A stretch of 64,000 nucleotides of DNA from Octopus vulgaris (Eukaryota): contig OX597827.1 of assembly GCA_951406725.2 (NCBI GenBank), positions 55,118,001 to 55,182,000 on the forward strand, given 5' to 3'. The notes beneath the pieces were generated by a model. It had not been told where the DNA came from, did not search any database, and saw only the letters and a program-made list of their open reading frames with translations. Position numbers and translations under genes: made by a program. How positions within the stretch are numbered: position 1 is the stretch's first letter; each line of letters begins with the position of its first letter. Shown here one piece after another: positions 14,331 to 26,590 of this stretch.

Positions 14331-14519
14331 AAGGTGGTGAGCTTGTAGAATCATCAGCAGGCAATGCTGTGTGGTAAAAGCATGCTTCCCAACCACATGC
14401 TTCTGGGTTCAGTCCCACTGCATGGCACCTTGGGCAAGTGTCTTCTACTATAGCCTCAGGCCGACCAAAGCCTTGTGAGTGGATTTGGTAGATGGAAACT
14501 GAAAGAAGCTTGTTGTATA

Positions 14520-14552
<33 letters not shown>

Positions 14553-15140
14553 TTCAAATTTACAGAAAACAAAAGACAAAGACAGGTGAAGGAACAACAA
14601 GTAGGTGTATTAGTCTAATACTTGGAAAGAATAGAAAAGTCTTTGACATTTTGAGCCTACACACTTTGACAGAAAGAATTGAGAAGAAAAAAGAATGGAG
14701 AGAGAATGAAAAATACAGAGATATTAAAAAAATGTGTAGGGATTAACCAGTTCAACATGATGAAATATATATGTGTGTGTGTGTGCGTGCTTGTTTATAT
14801 CCCTGTAACTTAGCAGTATGACAAAAAATGAGTAATATAATAAGTACCAGGCTTAAAGAAAAATACTGGGGTCAGTTCATTTGACTAAAAGTTCTTCAAG
14901 GTGGTGCCCCAGCATGACCACAGTCTAATAACCAAAACAGATAAAAGATGCTGGACAACTTGCCTGGCAGTATTTCTTCTGACTTTATATTCTGAGTTCA
15001 AATTCTTCCAAGGTTGATTTCACCTTTTGTCTTTTCAGGGTTGATAAAATCAGCACCACTTGAGCACTGGGGGTAATGTATTCAATCAGCCCCTTACCTT
15101 CAATTTCAGGCCTTGTGCTATAGTAGAAAAGGTTATTATC
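14331..15140 (+). mobile_element. Nested cluster: SINE family A interrupted by CORE-SINE B (14360-14948), itself interrupted by a PLE-derived element (about 14550-14765)
   Basis: The family A head at 14331-14360 resumes at 14949. The family B halves flank a copy of the 26388-26590 element. Confidence 0.75.
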
Positions 15141-15249
15141 TATGTGTCTCTTATAATTTCTTTCTTGTCCAAGCTTTCAATTTCATTATTTTCCTGCTAT
15201 AACATTTCAACATTTGAAGAGCCAAGAATCATTAACAATAGATATATTA

Positions 15250-15600
15250 TAAGTGAAAGCACAAGACTCAGTGGCTACAGCATTGAGCTCACAATCAATA
15301 GGTAGTGAGTTTGAGTCCCAAACCAGGCTGTGTGTCGTGTTCTTAAGCAAGACATTTTATTTCACGTTGCTCCAGTTCACTCAGCTGAAGAAATGAGTTG
15401 CAAAGTCACTGGTGCCAAGCTGTATCAGCCTTTGACTTTCCCTTGGATAACATCAGTGGTGTGGAGAGGGGAGGCTGGTACGCATGAGTGACTGCTAGTC
15501 CTGCATAAACAAACTTGCCCAGACTTGTGCCTCAAAGGGGAACTTTCTAAGTGCAATCCCATGGTCATTCATGACTGAAGGAGACCTTTATCCATTACCT
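15250..15600 (+). mobile_element. tRNA-derived SINE (family C-related)
   Basis: Degenerate tRNA head then gtgttcttaagcaagacattttatttcacgttgctccagttcactcagctg, shared with 62636-62875. Confidence 0.65.
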
Positions 15601-16469
15601 AAGGTATATTATAGGGTTAAGATGAGGGTGGTGGATTGGTAGAATCCTTAGACAAGAGGACAAAATACCATGCAGTATTTGTTTCAGGTCTTTACGATCT
15701 AAGTTCAAATCCTGCTAAAATTTTAATTCTGCTTTTCATCTTTTCACAGAGAAAACTTAACCAACTATATTCCTCCCACAAAAATCAAAACTTGTGCTTA
15801 TACTGGAAATCATAACAGGGTTTTAAAATTAGAAAGAGACATCAGTGAATTTCACTAAGAAATTTACCAAATTTTAGATACCATAGAAAAGTTGTTCTAT
15901 GTTGATAGCTGATATCACAAATTAAAGACAAAAAAAAGGAAAAAACTCAGAAAGTATATAACATTGTCCTGTGCAGGAAATTGATAACATCTAAGACAAA
16001 CTAGTTGGGCAGTAGACATATATCCATTTCACAAATATTTAGTTATTTTGTAATTCTAACAAACATATCTAATCACTAAACAATAAAATTATAAATTTCT
16101 GGAAAGAAAAAAAAAAAAACAGAACTGATATTAATGAATGTGAACCTATACCTGAAAATAATTTTTGTACATTTTTTTTTCTGGGAAAAATAATCATCTA
16201 AGTTTTAATTGGATTTTCTCATAACTTAGCCGTAATGCTAGCTAAAGAATTTTGACAATGTTAATAACAATCTTTTGTTTACACTTTTAGGATTTTATGC
16301 TTTTGAAAGATCAGATTTACAAATTTTTGTTTCCAGTCCAAACAACAAAAAAATACACAACAGTGTGCATTCCTAGATTATGCAAGGTTAATTATGTTGA
16401 AGACAAAATTTTGAATAATTCCTTTACAATTAATTTAATAAAATATACACTTACAAAACGAAATACCAT

Positions 16470-16832
16470 CTTTTATCTTTTACTTGACCATGCTGGAGCA
16501 CCACTTCAAAGAATTTTGAGTCAAACTAGTTGACTCCCATACTTATTTTCTTTTTAAGCCAGGTACTTATTCTATAAGTCTATTTTGCCAAACCACTAAG
16601 TTATGGGAATTACAGAAACTGACAACAGTTGTCAAGTGGCAGGACAAGCACAAAGGCACACACACACAGATACATATATACAATGGGCTTCTTTCAGTTT
16701 TCATCTACCAAATCCACTCACAAGGCTTTGGTCAGCTAGAGGCTATAGTAGAAGACACCTGCCCAAGGTACCATGCAGTGGGACTGAACCCAGAACCAAG
16801 TGGTGGGAAAATAAGCTTCTTACCACACATCT
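16470..16832 (-). mobile_element. CORE-type SINE family B copy
   Basis: Similarity to 37968-38352. Confidence 0.8.
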
Positions 16833-17054
16833 ACACACATAACTTCTTACCACACATCTACACACATAACTACATAAAAAAATACTTATTGATGTGGTGA
16901 CAGAAAAAACTCAAGAAATTAATCATAATGATTCCTTAACTGGTAAAAGTAACCAAATTATGATTTGAATAAAATAATGGAAACCTTATACCTAATCTAT
17001 ATAAGCTGTAATCCTCAAGTTCTATAATCTCTGTATAATCCCAAGAATGATATA

Positions 17055-17272
17055 TTGGTTTCAAATTTTGGTACAAGGCCAGCAATTTTGAGGGAGGTAG
17101 TAAGTCGATTACATAAACCCCAGCATTCAACTGGTACTCATTTTATCAGCCCCAGAAAGATGAAAGACAAAGTCAACCTCAACAGAACTTGAATTCAGAA
17201 TGTAAAATGGACAAAAATGCTGCTAAATATTTTGCTTGGCACAGTAACAATTCTGCCAGCTCGTTGCCTTAA
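17055..17272 (-). mobile_element. SINE family A copy
   Basis: Reverse complement of the array unit. Confidence 0.8.
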
Positions 17273-17660
17273 TTCAAAAAATAATATATAAAAACAAATT
17301 GCAATGAATGTAGATTTTATTTATCTACCCATTTAAGATGGCTCACTGTTAACTGCAGAGCAATTAAGACAAGTATTGAAATCTTTAGCTCATTTTGTGA
17401 ACAATCAGATCAAGTTAGGTCTTTGTTTGAAATGTTACCAATGGTAATCATACCAGGTGTGATAGAATATTTAAGCCAAGCTTACATAGAAAAATTGAAG
17501 GAAAGAACCTTTGGAATAAAAAACAAAATTACAAGGAATCATGAAACTGTAATAGCTAAGTTAATATTATCATACTGAAATGGAAGGAAAATCAAAACCT
17601 AACAAGAAATTAATATAATATAATATAAATATAATATAATATAAATTAATATAATTCTTA

Positions 17661-18128
17661 ACCCTTTAGCATTCAGATTAGCATTCAAATGTAATTCTTA
17701 TTTGACAAAGGTGGCAAGCTGGCAGAAACGTTAGCACGCCAGGCGAAATACTTAGCGGTATTTCGTCTGCCGCTACGTTCTGAGTTCAAATTCTGCCGAG
17801 GTTGACTTTGCCTTTCATCCTTTCAGGGTCGATTAAATAAGTACCAGTTATGCACTGGGGTCGATTTAATCGACTTAATCCGTTTGTCAGTCCTTGTTTG
17901 TCCCCTCTGTGTGTAGCCCCTTGTGGGCAGTAAAGAAATAAGAAATATAATTCTTATTTATTCATACTGTTTTGAATTGATCATGCATTATCTTGTAGCT
18001 TCAAGATTTCAATGATGTGATTGTATATTTTCAGAAGGACATTGTAGGGTAGGTATAACAGGCCAGATCTTCACATTTTGAACATTAAAACAGGTAGAAT
18101 ATTTGGGCCAGATATGGCCAGTTTAAAT
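17661..18128 (+). mobile_element. piggyBac-type MITE interrupted by a young SINE family A copy (17706-17945)
   Basis: TTAA-CCCTTTAGCATT start, internal sequence matching 19596-19816, and the SINE flanked by repeated taattcttattt. Confidence 0.75.
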
Positions 18129-18291
18129 ATGTTTTTCACAAACTTAACTATTGTTTATCATGCACATGGCACTCTGAGAAGATGGTAAAAATAAAATTTT
18201 ACTGAAACTGCAAAGAAACATAACAGAAAATCATGTAGATCAATGTTCCAAAGAGAAAAAGAAACTAAGACATAGGTAATTTCTTGTTTAA

Positions 18292-18509
18292 TCCTTTAGT
18301 ATTCTGATTAATGTAAAATGTAATACTTATTTATAAACATTGTTTTGAATAAATCATGCAAAATTTCGTAACAACAAGATTTCAATGATGTGACTTTCTA
18401 TTTTTTTAATGACATTGTAGGAAAGGTGTGAGAGGCCAGATCTGATTGGTTTGAACACGAAGTAGATAGAATATTTGGGCTGGATATGGCAGGTGTAAAT
18501 ACTTAAGGG
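18292..18509 (+). mobile_element. piggyBac-type MITE
   Basis: TTAA on both sides, degenerate CCCTTTAG / CTTAAGGG termini, same body as 19596-19816. Confidence 0.75.
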
Positions 18510-18840
18510 TTAATACCATTGTTTTGTTGTAAACATACCTCTTACTCTGTGGTGCTTATTACAAGCTATTAAAAGATGTTACAGTGAGAAAATGTTGAAC
18601 TTCAAATGAAGCAAAAATTCATGGTAAATAAAGTTATTGGTTGCAAATAGAAAGTCAGCAATTAAACCTAAACTAAGCAAAATTGTTTACTATAGTAAAT
18701 ACATAAAGTTTCGGAAATATTACCCGCTCCAAAGATCAGCTCAGCTTTACAGAAAACAATCAAAGAATACAATGCAAAAATCAAACATTTTCCATAATGG
18801 AAAGATATTAGAATTATTTTTTTTAATCTAAAGAGATGTT

Positions 18841-18854
18841 TTTATTTATTTATT
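18841..18854 (-). promoter_or_regulatory. Probable polyadenylation signal(s) of the ENO4-like gene
   Basis: Overlapping AATAAA hexamers about 70-80 nt downstream of the stop codon on the minus strand. Confidence 0.45.
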
Positions 18855-18923
18855 TATATAATTTTGCTTTTTGTTTTTTAGTTGAAACACAAAATGAATA
18901 ATTTCTTTTGCTTCATATAAATT

Positions 18924-19103
18924 TCATTCAGTAGTGACTGAATCTGGAAATAGTTTGGGATATTTCCATGTGTTGGGCAGTGTTGCCAGTCTGTCTTCTT
19001 GCATTAGTTTCTGCTCAATAATAAATAACCGATTCAGTATATCAGTTCTCTCCTTCCGGAATAGACCACCAGTCTTCAGAAATGTCGCCTGTAAACCGAC
19101 AGC
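18924..19103 (-). CDS. ENO4: ENO4-like terminal coding exon
   Basis: ccttgcag acceptor, 180 nt ending in TGA. Encodes AVGLQATFLKTGGLFRKERTDILNRLFIIEQKL..., the enolase C-terminal VGL...QIKTG...SER..KYN.LLRIEE motif. Confidence 0.93.
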   Translation of the reverse strand, partial: AVGLQATFLKTGGLFRKERTDILNRLFIIEQKLMQEDRLATLPNTWKYPKLFPDSVTTE

Positions 19104-19595
19104 CTGCAAGGAACAGAAATAATTTATAATGTGATGTTAAAAGGATAGGAAATTCACAAAACTAGATTTATTTCATTTATATTTTAGTACATGTTTATTA
19201 TAATTATTACATTTTATTACATGTTAAAGAAAATAAATTGAGAGAGTCAGATAAAATGCTGGATAGAATGGTCTTTTGCTTTGAGTTGAAATCCTACCAA
19301 ACTCAACTTTGTATTTCATCTTTCCAGAATTGATAAAATATCAAATTAAGTACTGGGGGTGATTATTTTCTGCCATCAGCCTATCTGTCTCTCTCTCTCT
19401 CTCTTTCTCTCTCACTCAAAATCAGCTACATTGCACTGATTGCATTGTAAGAAGGATTATGGGAGCTGCACACAGCATTCCTTTGTCTAGAAATGGAGAA
19501 GAGTTAAATGAGAGCCAAACAGCTTTTCTTCTTACAGAAAACCTAGAACTATTCAAAGACAGACTGGTGTGTAACACAGCATGAAACAGAATTAA

Positions 19596-19816
19596 CCCTT
19601 TTGCAATCAGATTATTTCATCAAATGTAATACTTGTTAATTCACATTGTTTTTGAATTAATCATAAATTATCTCATAGTTTTGAAATTTCAATGATGTCA
19701 TTGTTTATATTTAGAATGATATTTTGGGGTAGGTTTGAGAGGCCAGATTTGACCAGTTTGAACATAAAACTGGAAGAATATTTAGGCTGGTTATGGCTAG
19801 TTTAAATGCTAAAGGG
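19596..19816 (+). mobile_element. piggyBac-type MITE (about 220 bp)
   Basis: TTAA|CCCTTTTGCAAT ... AATGCTAAAGGG|TTAA: TTAA TSD and CCC-starting TIRs. Confidence 0.82.
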
Positions 19817-20400
19817 TTAAAGAAAAATAGCACTGACCAACAGCAAAATATTTTTGAGATTGTAAATTGTCTTTCAAAACAATTAATTGTAATTTATAAT
19901 TTGGAAATATGGAGTATGAACTTCATTTGTGGCTATCCATTTGTAATAAAAATATATATTTCCCTGAATCTATTTCCCTTCAGTGGTTTAGGCATCGCTT
20001 AACTACCAACTAAAATGATCTGCTGCTGCTGCTGCTGCTGCTGTCATTTCGAGGTCAATGGAAAAATTTCATTTGAAATTCCAACAAGAACATTCTTTCT
20101 CTAATGAAAGACTGCATCATTGGAATATACTTATTTAAATGATTCTGTAGCACAAGGAGGTGGAGGAGGAGGAAGAGGAGGATAATGACAACAACCAAGC
20201 TCATGATCCTGACAATCAAAGATTATAATGATGATGGTAACAAGCCTCACAACCATTATCATAATTATCATCATTACATCCCCTAATGGTAACCCCCCCC
20301 AAAAAAATCACTTCCATTTTTCAAGCAAGAGTTATTGCCTGGAAGCACAATTAATTTCTCATCACAAGCGGTATACAAACTAAGAAAAAGGACTATAATA

Positions 20401-20687
20401 TCTTTATATATAAAAGTAAGGTTGTGTGTCTGTCTCCTACGATTTAGATTCCTAACTACCCCCACATTTTGTGGTGCAGTTTAACGGGTATCTTATAGTC
20501 GTGATTCATATCGAGCCCTTCTGGGTATTAGCGCACGTCTACGATGAGTCAACGATTTAAAAATAAATTTACCATAATTTTTTTTCCATTTTTAAAGCAT
20601 TTTTTTGCTATTTTTTGGCTATAACTCTAAAAATGCTTTATAGTTATTTCCCTTACAAACCCAAGCAACGCCGGTCGATACTGCTAG
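20401..20687 (+). mobile_element. Non-autonomous Helitron
   Basis: Inserted between A and T. 5' TCTTTATATATAAAAG; 3' degenerate GC hairpin cccaagcaacgccggt followed by CTAG. Confidence 0.8.
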
Positions 20688-21001
20688 TATATATATATAT
20701 AGCGACACAATAAATATGGACATCAATCAGTAATATCAGACACTGCTAAAGTACCATTAAATGACAGCAGTTTCAAAGTAAAACTATAATCTTTTGACGG
20801 TTATGAAATGGATGATGTCTTCATTAGTGTTTTGTAAATATCTGTTCATGTGTGGTTGAGAGAAGCCTTTTATGTTATAGAAGCTTTTACTTGTTTTTCT
20901 AACAGTTAGTTATCACAGCTGGTATAGTTTTCTTGACACAGCAACCCATGAGGAACACAACATGTATAAGAGGTAATAAAGGAGCACAAATGTTAAAAAC
21001 A

Positions 21002-21073
21002 TAACTTCTTATAGGCTGTAGGTCTTGTGCACGCTTAAATGTACAAAACTTTCTCTTTCAAGTGAGATTGTTG

Positions 21074-21122
<49 letters not shown>

Positions 21123-21821
21123 ATTTCTCCCCCCATTCTATTAATCTTACTCTCTATCTCACTCTAAATACACAAATTTATTCATGTGTTTCTGGCAATT
21201 CAATCAACTTATAGTCTTTTATTCTTATATTCTTTTACTGGTTTCACTCATTGGACTGTGGCCAAGCTGAGGCAGCATCTTCAAGGGTGTAGTCAATCAT
21301 ATCAATTCCAGTACTTATTTCATTTCAGTCTGGTACACATCTTATCAATGTCTATTTGGCAAAGCTTTGTTGTGGGACATGAAGTGGCACAAACACAAAC
21401 AATAACAATTTTTATACACTTAAACATAAATATAAATGCAGGCACAGTTTCCAAATTCCACTCACAATGTATTGACAAACCTGAGGCTATTGGACAAGTT
21501 GAGGCCTTTTTGCCAGGTTAATCAGGACATGGTCAACATGGCAACAAAACACTTGCCCAAGAGGGATCAAACCCAGAACCACACAGTTACAAAATATATG
21601 TCTTTATCACACAGCCATAATAGAGCTTATATAGTGAGTTGATGCTGGAACATCAAAAGGTAGAAATAGATTATTATCATTGTTGGTTTTAGTGGAAATA
21701 AATCTGAGGCATTAGTGAGGGTGGAGGAGTACTGCTGTAAGGAATACAGTAACTTCTTATAGGCTGTAGGTCTTGTGCACGCTTAAATGTACAAAACTTT
21801 CTCTTTCAAGTGAGATTGTTG

Positions 21822-21872
<51 letters not shown>

Positions 21873-22532
21873 ATTTCTCCCCCATTCTATTAATCTTACT
21901 CTCTATCTCTCTCTAAATACACAAATTTATTCATGTGTTTCTGGCAATTCAATCAACTTATAGTCTTTTATTCTTATATTCTTTTACTGGTTTCACTCAT
22001 TGGACTGTGGCCAAGCTGAGGCAGCATCTTCAAGGGTGTAGTCAATCATATCAATTCCAGTACTTATTTCATTTCAGTCTGGTACACATCTTATCAATGT
22101 CTATTTGGCAAAGCTTTGTTGTGGGACATGAAGTGGCACAAACACAAACAATAACAATTTTTATACACTTAAACATAAATATAAATGCAGGCACAGTTTC
22201 CAAATTCCACTCACAATGTATTGACAAACCTGAGGCTATTGGTCAAGTTGAGGCCTTTTTGCCAGGTTAATCAGGACATGGTCAACATGGCAACAAAACA
22301 CTTGCCCAAGAGGGATCAAACCCAGAACTGGTAACACATCTGCAATTTCCATTGATCGATTTCCATTGATCGATTTCGATTCTGATCCTCACTTGCCTCA
22401 ACACGTCTTATATAGTGAGTTGATGCTGGAACATCAAAAAGGTAGAAATAGATTATTATCATTGTTGGTTTTAGTGGAAATAAATCTGAGGCATTAGTGA
22501 GGGTGGAGGAGTACTGCTGTAAGGAATACAGT
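21002..22532. repeat. Near-identical tandem duplication, period 749 bp, containing a degenerate SINE B
   Basis: 21002-21749 is repeated at 21750-22532, giving identical ORF translations at 21186 and 21935. Confidence 0.92.
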
Positions 22533-23253
22533 AGAATCATTGAGTTTTTTTCTCTCTTTGTGATCAACCACTTTAAATCAATGTGCCTAGTGGTTAGAGT
22601 GTTACACCCATGATGGCAAGATCCTGGGTCTGCCTCTTCCACAGGTTCCCTCAACCGCTAGGGTGTGGCACTTTTTCACACAACTATCTTCATCCATTCT
22701 CGCCACATGACTTCAGCATCTTATAAGTAGCACACTGCACACCTGTACAGGTTTGCTCCATACATTAATTGTTAACAATAACTTAGATATTGTTTTTCCT
22801 GCAGATAACATCCTTGAATTACATAAATAATTTCATTCATATCTAGAAGCTATTTCAGGAATATAAATCAACCCAGAAGTATGAAAGGCAAAATTGACAT
22901 CGATGGGATTTTCAGTTCAGAAAATAAAGGGTCATCACCAAATACCACAAGGATTGTTTTCCTTCTCTTGGTTTGATATTCTAACAATTATGCAAATCCA
23001 TTAAATGTTTACATAATGTTAAATTCAACCATTTAGACCCTACCCAGTATGACAGCACTGCCTGGTATCTTAGGTCCACTATGTTGCAAGCATTCAAGAC
23101 AGGTCTTCAGTTCAAGGATGCCTTCCTCCTTCCTCCCTTCCCATTAGTCTTGGAGGCCCTGTAAAGGGTCATGAGTAGTCCCTTAAGTACAAACCACATG
23201 AATTTTTCAGGTGCAAGAGATTACAATGAAAATCAAATACAAGATTAACTTAC

Positions 23254-23321
23254 CAAATCTGCTTTAATCCAGCTGTCTACTTCTTTCTGGCATCCAGAAA
23301 TAATCAAATGATATCCATTTG
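23254..23321 (-). CDS. ENO4: ENO4-like coding exon
   Basis: tctgcag acceptor, gtaagt donor, 68 nt, phase 1/0. Encodes (A)NGYHLIISGCQKEVDSWIKADL, equivalent to enolase [22 protein letters not shown]. Confidence 0.92.
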
Positions 23322-24059
23322 CTGCAGAATAACAATGATAAGGTATCTTTGGTTAATCATAATGATCATGGTGAGAGGAGGTAAGTGCATTCCTTCCAAA
23401 GAAAGTGAGACACAAAAATTACAAACCGTTAGTTATTAATCTATTCATTTACTCAGAAGCCCGGTCCATGCTTACATGAGAAAACAAATATTCAAAACAC
23501 TGTTGTACATAAAATTTCTTTCAGTACCTTGTTTAATATTCATAAGCAGGCTCAACAACAAATTGGATGTAAGATACTCTTATAATAGAGTATAGTGTAT
23601 GGCCAAAAGTCAGGCCAAAGCAGGAAAAAATCTTTATTTCTGTGTCTTTGATCAATTACTTCCTTGTATAACAAAAGAAGAGATATAAGGACAAATTCAA
23701 CTATAATAATAACAAGGACAAACTCAGTAAGATTTCTATATCATATTATTACTTTTGACCTTCACCTTAAAATCTTCTGACATTATATGAAACACAATGC
23801 TTGAACTGGATTATTGGGGCCATATTGGTCATGAGTTTAAACTTTATGAATTACAGTTTATTATGTAATTTCTGGTTAAGTACTATAACTATACTTGCTT
23901 CATTTTGTCTCGCTCTATAGGTAGTATAAGTTGTATCACAGGTGAGTTAAGAATCCAGCTGTGAAAGCAATTTCACCAACAGAAACAATCATCTAAGCAG
24001 ACATACAAAAAAAAAAAAAACAAATATAAAACAAAATAATAATTTCTTACATAATTTCT

Positions 24060-24462
24060 TACAAAATTTGGTGGGGTGAGGTTAGTTTATTACAGTGAGC
24101 CCTATACAGGACTAGTACTTTATTCACCCTGGAAGGATGAAAGCAAAATTGACCTTGGGAATTTATCTCAGAATGTAGAGATGCAAAACAAATACAAGAA
24201 ATTTTTTCAGATGTTCTAACAATTCTGCCAACAATAATAATTCTTTCTAATACTAGCACAAAGCCAGCAAAAGCTTTTGAAGCGGGAGGGAAATCAATGT
24301 CATCCACCCCAATGCTCAACTGGTACTTACTTTAGTGATTCCCCAAAAGGAAGAAACGCAAAGTTGACCATGCTAGCAATTGAATTCAGACCATAAATAA
24401 TTGGAGGTAATGTCACTAAGCATTTCGTCTGATACTTAATGATTCTGCCAGCTCACTACCTC
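24060..24462 (-). mobile_element. Two tandem SINE family A copies
   Basis: Reverse-complement units at about 24060-24230 and 24243-24462, separated by (AAT)n. Confidence 0.7.
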
Positions 24463-24839
24463 AACAATAGTAACATCAAAAACAAATACATAAATAAAAT
24501 TAAATAAAATAAAATGGTTTCCATCAAAACATTAAAATCTTTGAAGTGTTATTCAAATACTTCAAATGACCTGATATATATTGGAGTCACAATAATATGC
24601 ATCAAGAAATAGATTTCTTGTAGAAGAGAATAATATTAAACATTTGAACAGTTTGTCCACTAACAGAGATTTAAGACATGAAAACTGATTGGAAAATAAA
24701 ACAATGTTTCCATCATAAGGTTCTGTTAGCAGAGATCTATGATGAAACATTGAAATGGAAATAATTTACTAATTATATTTGGTGTTGATTCACCTACGTT
24801 TATATAATTTTACCCATTTTTCAGCATACCCTGAGTAAT

Positions 24840-25420
24840 TTCCATGCTGAGTTGCTTCTGCTGCTCTGCCAGCCCCTTGGGGATAAATTCCACTGATACT
24901 TCCCACATGCACAAATCCTCTGTTGAAACAAAATACACTGATCTTGTGCTTATTCCCACTTTGTGGAATTGTTACACAAAAGTCTTCCATAACTATTTGT
25001 CAAATCTTCTCCATCAGCTCCTTGTTTCAGCTTGTGGATGGCCTGCCTGAGCATGCCTTGCTCTCCACTGAGATGCAGCTATGTCTGCAACAGTTGTACC
25101 ACTTCTTGATTTGGGTTTTGCCCATGGCATCATCACAAAAGGCCTCCTGTATCTTCTGGATGGGTTGAGCTTGAGTATCACCGAGCTTTTAGTAAAACTT
25201 AATGCATTTGGTCACCATGCATGAAAACGAAAATCTGACAAGCATAAACTATATGCCTGCACTCTAGGCATAACAGCTAGAAACTGACAGTGCCTTCTGG
25301 TGCAAAAATTTTCACACAGGCACAGGAAGGGTGGTGTCACCTCCCACCCAAAGGATTTTTCCCATGTAGCACTAGTTTTCACAGGGAAAAATAAAATTGT
25401 ATGCTTTTTGAATGCACCTC
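24840..25420 (-). mobile_element. mariner transposase remnant
   Basis: TIR-like GAGGTGCATTCAAAAAG, then CIKFY*KLGDTQAQ.IQKIQEAF.DDAMGKTQIKKWY....S..SVES...SGRPSTS. Confidence 0.8.
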
Positions 25421-25528
25421 ATTCAAAAGGTATACACTTCTTTTGTTTTAATAAATTTTGAAAATAATGAAGAATTTAGTAAAATAACTTTGTTATAATA
25501 AAGCTTATTTATGTTTAATCTTGGTGTA

Positions 25529-25602
25529 CCTGTTGATGAAGACTTCGCCTGGCAAATTATTTTATTTTATTTGTTAAAATAAATCAGAAACCATGGTCCA
25601 AG
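25529..25602 (+). ncRNA. Type I hammerhead ribozyme motif, copy 1 (C3U variant)
   Basis: cctg-TTGATGA-agact...-GAAA-ccatgg-TC-caag, with palindromic stem III ACCATGGT and predicted GUC cleavage after 25598. Confidence 0.6.
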
Positions 25603-26010
25603 AAATAGATGGTAAATGTTTTTATTTTTCATTCCCTTATTCCCTTCAAGAATTTATCCCTAATTAGTGGTTTGGACTTTAGCTGTTCTTTCTATCATAA
25701 GGGATTCCTATGCTGGAAACCTCTTAATATGTTTAAATGTACACTGAATTTTATATGAGTAATGTATAGTCTATTGGCTAATTTTTCTATATGCTAGGCC
25801 ACTGGTAGTAAATATTTCTCAAATTTATATTACCCTGATATCATTAATTATGTATAATGATTTCTGGAAGATTCATTTGAAGAAATTGCCGGCATCTTTT
25901 TGCTGCCAACAAATAACTGCACTTGCGCAGTGGATTTGAAAAAATGAAAATGTATAAGCAAGAGGCACATGCTGGATTGGCCTCATGTTTATATGTTTAA
26001 TCTTGGCTTA

Positions 26011-26084
26011 CCTGCTGACAAAGACTTCGCTGAGCAAATTATTTTATTTTATTTGCTAAAAAAAGTCTGAAACCGTGGTCCAGG
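26011..26084 (+). ncRNA. Type I hammerhead ribozyme motif, copy 2 (G8A variant)
   Basis: Stem I cctg/cagg, core CTGACAA, stem II agactt/aagtct extended by agcaaat/atttgct, GAAA, stem III cc-gt-gg, GUC site at 26078-26080. Confidence 0.68.
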
Positions 26085-26339
26085 AAATAGATGGTAAATG
26101 TTTTTATTTTTCATTCCCTTCGAGAATTTATCCCTAATTAGTGGTTTGGACTTTAGCTGTTCCTTCTAGCATAAGGGATTCCTATGATGAAAACCTTTTA
26201 ATGTGTTTAAATGTACATTGTATTTTTTATGAATAATATACAGTCTATTGACTAATTTTTCTATACACTAGGCCACTGGTAGTAAAAATTTCTAAAATTT
26301 TATCACCCTGATATAGCGGACGTTAAATGATGATGATGA

Positions 26340-26387
<48 letters not shown>

Positions 26388-26391
<4 letters not shown>

Positions 26392-26590
26392 AGAATTCAC
26401 AAAAAAAAAAAACAAAAGACAAAGACAGGTGGTGTAGACAACAAACAGATATATTAGTTTAATGCTTGGAAAGTGAAAAAGTCTTTAACGTTTCGAGCCT
26501 ACGCTCTTCCACAGAAAGGGACACAGAAAGAAACAAGGAGAGAAAATAAAGAATGTGTAGTGGCTAGCGATCTATCAAGGCAAAATATAT
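26388..26590 (-). mobile_element. PLE-derived (pseudo-LTR-like) element in (TA)n with a minimal hammerhead motif
   Basis: Flanked by TA repeats, with a second copy at about 14550-14765. Contains cttt-CTGTGGA-a-gagc-gtag-gctc-GAAA-cg-TT-aaag. Confidence 0.6.

Larger units (their letters stand above)
25508..26315 (+). repeat. 482-bp tandem repeat (about 1.7 units), each unit carrying a type I hammerhead motif
   Basis: atgtttaatcttgg at 25511 and 25993; the units align over about 320 bp. Confidence 0.88.

Noticed and set aside
21186-22270. Two identical 111-aa ORFs
   Set aside because: They are chance ORFs in a degenerate SINE within the 749-bp duplication.
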